Assembly (NCBI GenBank): GCA_963718665.1
Contig: OY970359.1
Span: 1,792,001-1,856,000 of the forward strand
DNA length: 64,000 nt
Direction of reading: 5' to 3'
Source of the DNA: an uncultured Phycisphaerales bacterium
GTDB taxonomy: Bacteria > Planctomycetota > Phycisphaerae > Sedimentisphaerales > Anaerobacaceae
The notes under the pieces were generated by a model. That model ran no database searches, was not told the DNA's origin, and was given only the letters and a program-made list of their open reading frames with translations. The position numbers and the translations under genes are program-made. This document shows, piece by piece, positions 1 through 7,855 of this stretch (positions within the stretch are counted from its first letter, which is position 1; the number at the start of each line of letters is the position of its first letter).

Positions 1-1
1 A

Positions 2-310
2 CAGGACGCGAATAAACCCGTGCTTATGGATTTTACCGCCGACTGGTGTCTGAGCTGTGCGGTTGTCGATAAAAAAGTTTACGCCCGCAAGGATATCGCG
101 GATTTGATAAAGCAAAAAAGCATCCTTGCGATTAAGGCCGATACTACCGTCAGCGATTATCCGGCGACGATTGCCCTGAAAGAAATCTACAATGAACCCG
201 GTGTGCCGGTGAGCATATTACTTGTGCCGGGACAGGATGAGAGACGCTGGCGAGGTCTGTCATTCGGCTATGAGCTAAAATCTGCCCTTGAGCAATTAAA
301 GAATCAATAA
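2..310 (+). CDS. C-terminal thioredoxin-like domain of a DsbD/cytochrome c biogenesis-type protein (5'-partial, begins before the window)
   Basis: Frame is open from the window edge. KPVLMDFTADWCLSC is a CxxC thioredoxin motif and is followed by IKADTT and GVP motifs typical of DsbD C-terminal domains. Confidence 0.75.
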   Translation, partial: QDANKPVLMDFTADWCLSCAVVDKKVYARKDIADLIKQKSILAIKADTTVSDYPATIALKEIYNEPGVPVSILLVPGQDERRWRGLSFGYELKSALEQLKNQ

Positions 311-317
311 TCCCCCT

Positions 318-998
318 ATGGCAAAAAAAACAGCCACAAGTTTTACGGTTGATAAAAAAGAAGCCGCCCGGCGCGTCGGCAAAATACTGCCCATTCTCCA
401 AAAGTGTTACCCCGGCGCATCGGTAGCATTACGATTCGGCAATCCGCTCGAATTACTCATAGCCACGATACTCTCGGCCCAGTGCACCGACAAGCGGGTG
501 AATATGATTACGCCTGCCTTATTCGCAAAATATAAATCCACGCAGGATTGGGCCAAAGCAAAGCTCGAAACAATCGAAAATGATATACGAAGCGCCGGCT
601 TTTACCATAATAAGGCAATCGGTATCCAGGGTGCCTGCCGGACGATAATCGAGAAGTTTGCCGGCCGTGTGCCGGATACGATGGATGAGCTCGTAACGCT
701 GCCCGGTGTGGGCAGAAAAACCGCCAATTGTGTTTTGGCAAATGCCTTTGGTCAGCCGGCGATAATGTGCGACACCCATGTCATACGGCTTAGTCGCCGA
801 CTGCAATTATCGCAAAACAGCGACCCCGTTAAGCTTGAGTTTGATTTGGCCGAAATAATTCCTAAGAAGGACTGGACGATATTCAGTCACACGGTTATTT
901 TACACGGGCGAAATACCTGCCAGGCAAGAAAGCCGGATTGCCCGAATTGTGCGATATCGAAGTATTGTCCTTCGGCGAACAACCCGGCCCTGTGGTGA
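318..998 (+). CDS. nth: Endonuclease III (HhH-GPD DNA glycosylase with 4Fe-4S cluster)
   Basis: LLIATILSAQCTDKRVN, HhH motif LPGVGRKTAN, DTHV and the C-terminal C-x6-C-x2-C-x5-C cluster motif. Confidence 0.96.
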   Translation: MAKKTATSFTVDKKEAARRVGKILPILQKCYPGASVALRFGNPLELLIATILSAQCTDKRVNMITPALFAKYKSTQDWAKAKLETIENDIRSAGFYHNKAIGIQGACRTIIEKFAGRVPDTMDELVTLPGVGRKTANCVLANAFGQPAIMCDTHVIRLSRRLQLSQNSDPVKLEFDLAEIIPKKDWTIFSHTVILHGRNTCQARKPDCPNCAISKYCPSANNPALW

Positions 999-1054
999 AA
1001 CCGGGGCAGCATAACCGATATACGAAAAACGATTTTGAAGGAGATCTTCACGTG

Positions 1055-1744
1055 ATGGCAAATGTAACAAGTCAGCCGGTTGAGGATTTGTGGCGGATAT
1101 TCAGGATACTCTCCGAATTCGTCGAAGGTTTTCAGGAATTGTCAACCGTCGGCCCGGCGGTATCGATTTTCGGCTCCGCGAGGTTGGCCCCGGACCACCG
1201 TTATTACAAGCTTGCCCAGCAAACCGCCTACGAGATAGCGAAGGAAGGTTTTACCGTCATCACCGGCGGTGGCGGCGGAATTATGGAGGCGGCCAACAAA
1301 GGCGCGGCTGCCGCGGGCGGCAAAAGCGTCGGGCTCAATATCGAGATTCCAAAAGAGCAGATACCGAATGAGTATCAGAATATCTCAATGAAGTTCCGAT
1401 ACTTTTTCGTTCGCAAGGTTATGTTTCTCAAATACGCCCACGGCTTTGTTGTTTTTCCGGGCGGCTACGGCACACTGGATGAGTTCAGCGAGGCCCTTGT
1501 GCTGATTCAGACCCTTCGTCAGGCGTCTTTCCCCGTCATACTTATGGGCAGGGATTACTGGAAAGGCCTCATCGACTGGATACGCGACAGGATGCAGCGG
1601 GAAGGATGCATAGAACCAAAGGATTTGAACGTGTTTTCAATGAGCGACGACCCGCAGGAAGTGGCCAAAATCATAGTCAGGTTCAAAGAAAGTGCCGCGC
1701 CAAGCGGTCTGCAACTGCCCGGCGGCATGAACGTGAAAAAGTGA
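1055..1744 (+). CDS. LOG family (TIGR00730-like) Rossmann-fold nucleotide monophosphate phosphoribohydrolase
   Basis: VSIFGSAR, ITGGGGGIMEAANKGA, YFFVRKVMF and PGGYGTLDE motifs. Start set at ATG 1055 after GAAGGAG (1037-1043). Confidence 0.92.
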   Translation: MANVTSQPVEDLWRIFRILSEFVEGFQELSTVGPAVSIFGSARLAPDHRYYKLAQQTAYEIAKEGFTVITGGGGGIMEAANKGAAAAGGKSVGLNIEIPKEQIPNEYQNISMKFRYFFVRKVMFLKYAHGFVVFPGGYGTLDEFSEALVLIQTLRQASFPVILMGRDYWKGLIDWIRDRMQREGCIEPKDLNVFSMSDDPQEVAKIIVRFKESAAPSGLQLPGGMNVKK

Positions 1745-1752
1745 TAATCGCG

Positions 1753-3606
1753 TCATTGCCCCGCGGCTTGCGGGATTTGTTTTGTCGTTTCAGCAAGGTG
1801 CTTCAGCAGGTAATCTTTTTCCGGGCCGCCAAGATGTTCCCAAGGCAGGATTTCTTCGGTTGAGAATTGTTTTTGTGCGGCGGCATCGAGATTCATACCG
1901 TATTTTTTAAACGCATCATCCCAGATTGCCGGGTTGAATGTCTCGCTCCACAAATCGAATTTTGCGCCGTTGCGCCAGGCGTATTCAATCACATCTGCTA
2001 ATCGCCTGTCGCCTCGCCCGGTGGCTGATTCGAGAATCGACTGGTCTATCTCGTGGAATTTGAACTGGAGATATTTGGCGTTGATTTTTCTTTTCTCGGA
2101 GATGATTGTGTTTTTGGCGTTTTCGAAATACTCACGCGGCTGCTGCGCGAGCCAGCCGAAGGGCGTGTGCGGCTTGGGGACAAGCCAGCTCACCGCGACG
2201 TTGACCGAGGCGGTTTTGCCGTCGAAATTCCTGCGCAGTTTTGCCAGTTTGTCCGCGAGATGAACGATTTGCCTGATGTCGTCCTCGGTCTCGCCGGGCA
2301 GGCCTGTCATAAAGTACAATTTGATTTTCTGCCAGCCCGCCTGATAAGCGGCTGAGACGGCAGCGAAAAGGTCCTCGTCTTTCAACGGCTTATTGATGAT
2401 TTGCCTCAGCCGTTCGGATGCCGCCTCGACCGCGATGGTCAGGCCCGATTTTCGCACCTCGTTTGCAAGCGTTGGAAGGAGTTTCAACTGCTGGTCAACC
2501 CGCAAACTTGGCAGCGACAGCCCCACGTATTTATCCGTAAAATAACTGTGCAGCAGGTCAATCAGCTTTTCGATATCGGGATAATCGGCGGTAGATAAGC
2601 TCAATAAGCTGATTGTATCGAAGCCCGTCGCCTCGTAAGCAGCTTTGGCTATCTCGAAGATTTTGTCGATGCTGCGATAACGTATAGGCCTTCTGCAGAA
2701 GCTCGCCTGGCAAAACCTGCACCGGCCGGGGCAGCCCCGCATAATCTCAATACTGACCCGCTCATGAATCGCCTCGGCGAACGGCACAATTGGTTTTTTA
2801 GGCAGCGGCGCGTTATCGAGGTCGTCAACAATTGCGTTTTTGAATCGCGTGGGCAGGTTTTCTTTGACAGCGGCAAGCGATTTAATTTTTTCGCCATCGT
2901 ACTCGAATTTATAAAGCGACGGAACATATGCCCAGTCGAATTTTTCCGCCGCGGCAAGCAATATATCTTTTTTCGATGCGCCGGCTTTTTTGAGGTCGAT
3001 AATCAATCGGGCCAAATCAGGGACCGCATTTTCCGCCTCGCCGATAACAAACAGGTCAATGAATGGCGCAATCGGCTCGCAGCAGTTGGCCATACCGCCG
3101 CCCGCGATAATAATCGGGTCGGCTTCGCTTCGGTTTTCACTGCGAATGTTCAAGCCCGCCAAATCCAGCATATTCAGCACGTTGGTATAGCACAATTCGT
3201 TGGTCAAACTGAAGCCGATGACGTCGAAATCCTTGATGGCGGCCCTCGATTCGAGCGAGAAAAGCGGGATACCCTTTTCTCGCAGGATTTGCTCGGCGTC
3301 TAACCACGGCGCAAAAACCCGCTCTGCGGCGACGGCCTGCGGTGAGCCTGTCGAATCCGCGGGCATACGGTTGAGGACCTCGTAAACTACCGCCATTCCC
3401 GTATAGCTCATCCCGACCTCGTAAGTATCGGGAAAACATAACGCGATGGCTAAGCCACAATCGGCGAGGTCTTTTTTTATCTGATTGATTTCGCCGCCTA
3501 TGTATCTGCTGGGCCTGCGGACAAAGGGCAGGAATTCGCGGTCGATTCTTTCAGTCAGTATGGTTCGACTATGCTCACCACTGGTTGTCGGTTCTTTTCT
3601 TTTCAC
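1753..3606 (-). CDS. B12-binding-like radical SAM protein (TIGR03960 type)
   Basis: PSRYIGGEIN, FPDTYEVGMS, AERVFAP and EIMRGCPGRCRFCQA (CxxxCxxC). GTG 3606 preferred as start because the longer ORF runs through heptamer repeats. Confidence 0.9.
   Translation of the reverse strand: MKRKEPTTSGEHSRTILTERIDREFLPFVRRPSRYIGGEINQIKKDLADCGLAIALCFPDTYEVGMSYTGMAVVYEVLNRMPADSTGSPQAVAAERVFAPWLDAEQILREKGIPLFSLESRAAIKDFDVIGFSLTNELCYTNVLNMLDLAGLNIRSENRSEADPIIIAGGGMANCCEPIAPFIDLFVIGEAENAVPDLARLIIDLKKAGASKKDILLAAAEKFDWAYVPSLYKFEYDGEKIKSLAAVKENLPTRFKNAIVDDLDNAPLPKKPIVPFAEAIHERVSIEIMRGCPGRCRFCQASFCRRPIRYRSIDKIFEIAKAAYEATGFDTISLLSLSTADYPDIEKLIDLLHSYFTDKYVGLSLPSLRVDQQLKLLPTLANEVRKSGLTIAVEAASERLRQIINKPLKDEDLFAAVSAAYQAGWQKIKLYFMTGLPGETEDDIRQIVHLADKLAKLRRNFDGKTASVNVAVSWLVPKPHTPFGWLAQQPREYFENAKNTIISEKRKINAKYLQFKFHEIDQSILESATGRGDRRLADVIEYAWRNGAKFDLWSETFNPAIWDDAFKKYGMNLDAAAQKQFSTEEILPWEHLGGPEKDYLLKHLAETTKQIPQAAGQ
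3339..3360. repeat. Short palindromic element (TGAGC-N2-3-GTCGAA family) inside the radical SAM CDS
   Basis: GCGG-TGAGCCTGTCGAAT-CCGC. Related copies at 3561-3580, 4290-4310 and 63418-63439. Confidence 0.7.
3561..3580. repeat. Short palindromic element (TGAGC-N2-3-GTCGAA family, opposite orientation) near the 5' end of the radical SAM CDS
   Basis: TGGT-TCGACTATGCTC-ACCA. The reverse complement contains TGAGC-ATA-GTCGAA. Confidence 0.65.
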
Positions 3607-3626
3607 CCGCGTATTATAACGGATGA

Positions 3627-3700
3627 TTAGCGGATAGCGTAGAGCGTTTAGCGGATAGTTCAACCTCAAATCAAAAATCAAAATGCAAAAGGCAAAAATG
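3627..3700. repeat. Two degenerate heptamer tandem arrays
   Basis: ttagcgg-atagcgt-agagcgt-ttagcgg-atag (3627-3658) and caaatca-aaaatca-aaatgca-aaaggca (3667-3694). Confidence 0.7.
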
Positions 3701-4075
3701 CGGTATCCCTAAGGGATGGATTTTAGTTTGAAGCCGAGCAAAGACATAGATTTCGCTGAAGGTGGGTAAAAGTTCAAAATTAGTATAAGGGGAAGCTTAT
3801 CATTCAACCAAAAACGCAAAAAAGTTTGGGAAGAAATGAGCGGATAAACGTTACAGTTAGCCCAGATTAACGAAGATGGGCAAGATGGGAAACGTAGGGT
3901 AGGAAAAATATTTTTTCATTTCAAAAAACGTTCAAAAAGTGACCCAAAAATGCGCGAAATTGACAAAAGTGAGCACGATTTGACAAAAAAAATACAAAAA
4001 GTGACAGATTTTGTGCAATTTTGTACACGTTTTTTCAGTTCGATATATTAGCGGAATTAATTGTTAAAATAGAGA

Positions 4076-4103
4076 GGTTAGTCGTTAGTGGTTAGTCGAT
4101 AGT
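4076..4103. repeat. Heptamer tandem array
   Basis: ggttagt-cgttagt-ggttagt-cgatagt. Confidence 0.75.
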
Positions 4104-4134
4104 CCGCCGGAGGCGGCAAAGATTGCCCAGATTA

Positions 4135-4169
4135 ACCCCATGAGATAGCGAAACGGCATCTCACGGGGT
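4135..4169. repeat. Short variant of the CCCGTGAGAT...ATCTCACGGG palindromic element
   Basis: ACCCCATGAGAT-11 nt-ATCTCACGGGGT. Termini resemble the 60-bp elements at 43177, 47044, 48764 and 50443. Confidence 0.65.
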
Positions 4170-4289
4170 GAACACGGATTTTTAAGGGAAAAAGCTTGTT
4201 TTCGATTTTAGTTTGGGGATATACTGTTACTTTAAGGCCGGAAGAAAAGATTATTGAAGAAAACGCACCTTTGGCCGTCAGCTTTGCCT

Positions 4290-4310
4290 GCCCTGAGCTT
4301 GTCGAAGGGC
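4290..4310. repeat. Short palindromic element (TGAGC-N2-3-GTCGAA family), intergenic
   Basis: GCCCT-GAGCTTGTCGA-AGGGC, 5-bp stem. Confidence 0.7.
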
Positions 4311-4392
4311 TATTTGGAATATGCCTTTGTAGACTGAGGAAATAAATAGGGTATCGTTGTAATTCTAAAGGTTTGTTTTTAAGGTAAGATGA

Positions 4393-4908
4393 ATGGGAGA
4401 AAGAATAATATATGAATATAGATCACCATCGCTAATCCCCACGGATCATTTGCATGATATCGTTCAACTAATTTCAGATGGCGGAGAAGTAGACAACAAA
4501 ACACTTTGGGATAAAATTAATAATGCTATTATTATAGGATACGCTATCGCAAATGATTTAGTTGTGGGGACTGGTGCATTGAAGAAGCCGCATGACTCCA
4601 GTAACGATAATGCTTTTGTAAAAGCAGGTGCAGACGTCAAGTATGAAGACTATCCTTATGAATTGGGATACGTATTTGTGAAAGAGAATCATCGAGGAGC
4701 ATTTGTTGCAAGCCGAATTTGTAATACACTATGCAAGATGTACTCACGCGCGAATATCTATTCGACATTGAGATCAGACAACAGAATCGCACGCTTATTA
4801 ATGGAAAGGTCAGGATTTACCCAATCTGGAACAAGCTTCATGAGTAGAAACGGCAAGGATATGCTTATGTTATATATTAGAAATGCACAAAATGGATTAT
4901 CAAGATGA
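4393..4908 (+). CDS. GNAT family N-acetyltransferase
   Basis: ELGYVFVKENHRGAFVASRI (motif A-like) and N-x9-GF (DNRIARLLMERSGF). TAAGGT upstream. Stop overlaps the next start (ATGA). Confidence 0.8.
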   Translation: MGERIIYEYRSPSLIPTDHLHDIVQLISDGGEVDNKTLWDKINNAIIIGYAIANDLVVGTGALKKPHDSSNDNAFVKAGADVKYEDYPYELGYVFVKENHRGAFVASRICNTLCKMYSRANIYSTLRSDNRIARLLMERSGFTQSGTSFMSRNGKDMLMLYIRNAQNGLSR

Positions 4909-6485
4909 TAGCAGTTAGTACACCGGACAAAAGACAAAACCGAGAGTTGCTCTTACTTGCCAATGCTGCAAGAATGGCAGCCCAGAAGAGAATGGGATAT
5001 TCGCACTACGCATACTTTCTTGCGTGCATATGTTCGGTTTTATCGCTCTTCATGGGAAGCGTTGTAAGCATAGTGCTCGCAGTTATAGGTACTATATTAG
5101 CAGGGAGCGGTTTGCTGATCAGGTCCCGATGTATGAGGATTCATTATCTATCGCGAGAGGCTCAAAGGCTGGCTCTTCTGGAGGATTCGCTCGGAAGAAT
5201 TGCAGAAGACTACCACATTGTTGAGCTTCGTCGGAAAATGGGCGTGGAGATAGAAAAGAAAGCAAAAACTTACTTACTTGAAAAAAGCTATTACCGTAGC
5301 AAGAAACCTAGAGGTCAATCGAGATTGAAAGAGAACATGCAACAAAGCTCGTTTTGGAGCAAAGCATTACTTGATAAATACTCTTTCTATCTCTATCTGA
5401 TCGTTTTGATTTATGTAGTTGCAATGATAGCTACTCTGGTTATTTATGTAGTCATACACAGTAAAGAGCCTGAATATACGGGAAACATTGCAGTACTTAT
5501 AGTCTCCACATTGGTCCTATTGGGGATTGTGCTGGAAGAATGGAGAGCGGCGAGGAGCGTGAAGCTTGCGGTGGAAATGCTTGAAGGCGTCGATAATCAG
5601 TTGGATACAGTTTATGAGGATGATAGCATAGTCATAATATCCAAATTTGCAGACTATGGAATATCCGTAACTGAGGCTCCCCCTATTCCCTATATCATCT
5701 ATGCCTTCAACAAGGATCATCTAAGAGGGCTATGGGACAAAAGATTGCATGTTAGACTTTTGAGTGTAGAAGAACTGTCCGGAAGCATGGATTTGCCTAC
5801 AATAGACATGGAGGACTGCATGCCTCCAACTTGGATCGATGATGGCGAGTTCAAATTATTGCTTTTAAATACCTGCCTATTCGTACGGAATAGATTTAAG
5901 GGCGTAATGATAACAAGAGTAACCGTAAATGGCTTACCGGGATATAGTGGTGTCGGAGTATACTCTTTGAAGTATTTCGCGGACAACTCAACAGTAATAC
6001 AGTACGTTCTTAGGTTACATGAAGAAGAGGAGCAGGCTCGACGGGAGTACAATACCATCGAAAAAATATCGAGTACGGGATTTGACGTATTCGCATATGT
6101 CCCTGTCGGTGAGCCTTATATAGCACATGGTGCGTTGTTGTATACGCATGCCAACCACCAAACATATGATGTGCTTAAACACTTGCATGTATTTCTGGGT
6201 GATCTCATTAACGACAGCGACCTGCTTGTAGAGGTGAGACTTAGGAAATTATCTCATGGTATTCGAACGCTGATAAAGGCATTGAGTTCTATTGAAAAAC
6301 CTGAATATATTACGACATTGGACTACTATAAAAACAATACACTCAATTTCCCCCCTCGAAATATTCTAGACTTACGAAATACGACTCACAAAATTGCCGA
6401 TGGGATCATTCACATCGACTGCAAGTCAGAACGAGGAGGCATTTCAGTCAATGATGGACCATTGCAATATAGTAAATGGCTTTGA
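4905..6485 (+). CDS. S-4TM-like four-TM putative pore-forming effector fused to the N-lobe of a kinase-fold (APH/TCAD9-like) domain
   Basis: Two hydrophobic helix pairs (aa ~35-72 and ~160-210) with RQN, YYxS, QxSxFW..L..Y and APPIP..IY motifs resembling S_4TM. Then a Gly loop GYSGVGVY, YVLRL and a helix-C-like ARREY. Confidence 0.6.
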   Translation: MIAVSTPDKRQNRELLLLANAARMAAQKRMGYSHYAYFLACICSVLSLFMGSVVSIVLAVIGTILAGSGLLIRSRCMRIHYLSREAQRLALLEDSLGRIAEDYHIVELRRKMGVEIEKKAKTYLLEKSYYRSKKPRGQSRLKENMQQSSFWSKALLDKYSFYLYLIVLIYVVAMIATLVIYVVIHSKEPEYTGNIAVLIVSTLVLLGIVLEEWRAARSVKLAVEMLEGVDNQLDTVYEDDSIVIISKFADYGISVTEAPPIPYIIYAFNKDHLRGLWDKRLHVRLLSVEELSGSMDLPTIDMEDCMPPTWIDDGEFKLLLLNTCLFVRNRFKGVMITRVTVNGLPGYSGVGVYSLKYFADNSTVIQYVLRLHEEEEQARREYNTIEKISSTGFDVFAYVPVGEPYIAHGALLYTHANHQTYDVLKHLHVFLGDLINDSDLLVEVRLRKLSHGIRTLIKALSSIEKPEYITTLDYYKNNTLNFPPRNILDLRNTTHKIADGIIHIDCKSERGGISVNDGPLQYSKWL

Positions 6486-7191
6486 ATATCAAGTTAATGC
6501 TTATGAAATCAACTATAACAGAAATGGTCAACTTCATAGAATCCTGTTGTCAAAGCGAGAAGATTATAGAACGCTGTTAACACGAGGTAGCATTAATGTT
6601 TTGTACAGGGGCACGAGCCCTTACATTGACTTCGCTATCTATTGTCGCGATTCATTGAGAATAGAAGTTACGTGCTCTGAACCTAAGACATTGGTTGAAT
6701 CGTTCTGTGAAAATCATAGCAAGGAGCCACTCTGTACATGGTATTGCCATAACGATTTACACTGCAAAAACATATTGGTATCAGATAGCAACGTAAAGTT
6801 TGTTGATATTGGCGATGCTGGTCCAAACATTGCATGTAGAGATTCCTCAAGACTGGAACTTTCAATAATGTCTATGCTTTGCCTACAGGGTAGCGTGACA
6901 ACAAATGATTGCCTGACTGCATTGAAATACATGGATGGTGAAATAGATCAAGGCAACATCTCCATGCAAGCAGGAAAACTCGGAAAAATTTTGAAGATAG
7001 TGAAGGAAACCATGTTTGATGAGTTCGTTTATAGACCCTCAATTATTGACCAGAGACTTGCCAGCTTTGTTGAGGTATACGAACAGTTGAACTATTCTAT
7101 GTCATCAGCCATGCGTTTACCAGAGGGATTTGGGCCTATTGTTGATTATTACTACACAAAGTTCGATGATTTAACCAAAGCAACCACTTGA
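6451..7191 (+). CDS. Kinase-fold (APH/phosphotransferase-like) catalytic C-lobe; either a +1 frameshifted continuation of the upstream ORF or a separate gene
   Basis: CHNDLHCKNIL (HxDxxxxN catalytic loop), FVDIG (DFG equivalent) and D-x2-RLE. Overlaps the upstream ORF in the +1 frame. GAGGAGG at 6433-6439 precedes ATG 6451. Confidence 0.65.
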   Translation: MMDHCNIVNGFEYQVNAYEINYNRNGQLHRILLSKREDYRTLLTRGSINVLYRGTSPYIDFAIYCRDSLRIEVTCSEPKTLVESFCENHSKEPLCTWYCHNDLHCKNILVSDSNVKFVDIGDAGPNIACRDSSRLELSIMSMLCLQGSVTTNDCLTALKYMDGEIDQGNISMQAGKLGKILKIVKETMFDEFVYRPSIIDQRLASFVEVYEQLNYSMSSAMRLPEGFGPIVDYYYTKFDDLTKATT

Positions 7192-7210
7192 ATTATGAAA
7201 GGAATAAACA

Positions 7211-7843
7211 TTGAGCGTAAAAAAGATAGATGACGTTCGCAGGTTTGTAGAATACATATTTGCAGAATCGACACAACGATCATATTACGAGCACACTTTG
7301 AGAGTCTACCGTTTTGCATATTATATTGGAGAAGAGGAAAACGCAGATATGGAGATATTGTTGCCTGCGGTCTTAATGCATGACATAGGCATGACGATAG
7401 ACACAGGATTTCCCCGGCATGTAGATAAATCTGCATACCTTGCAAAGATGTACTTGAAAAGCAATGGTTATCCGAGCGACAAAACAGACAGAATATTGCA
7501 GGTTATAACATCTCATCACATTCCTCCTTATGAAACCAGAAAGAACAAAGAAGAAGAGGTTATTTTTGACGCTGACACACTAGAAATTGTTGGTGGCTAT
7601 GGCATATTGCGATGGCTAGGAAAGTCTATTTTGTCAGAACAGACCATCGTAGATTCGATCAACCTATTCAGTAATATTGTGAAGTCCGCAAAGGACAAAA
7701 GAGGATCCCTATTTTTCACCGAAACCGCTAAGAAACTTGGCGACAAGTCTGTAGAAGAGTCACTTGAATACTACCGCCGCATCATTGAGTACTTTGGAAC
7801 CTGTAAGTCATATACAGGCATTATATCACCCGTTGAAATATGA
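7211..7843 (+). CDS. HD-domain metal-dependent phosphohydrolase
   Basis: EHTLRV, AVLMHDIG, H, SHH and FDADTLE motifs. TTG start after AAGGA. Confidence 0.88.
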   Translation: MSVKKIDDVRRFVEYIFAESTQRSYYEHTLRVYRFAYYIGEEENADMEILLPAVLMHDIGMTIDTGFPRHVDKSAYLAKMYLKSNGYPSDKTDRILQVITSHHIPPYETRKNKEEEVIFDADTLEIVGGYGILRWLGKSILSEQTIVDSINLFSNIVKSAKDKRGSLFFTETAKKLGDKSVEESLEYYRRIIEYFGTCKSYTGIISPVEI

Positions 7844-7855
7844 GTCTGTGTTGAT

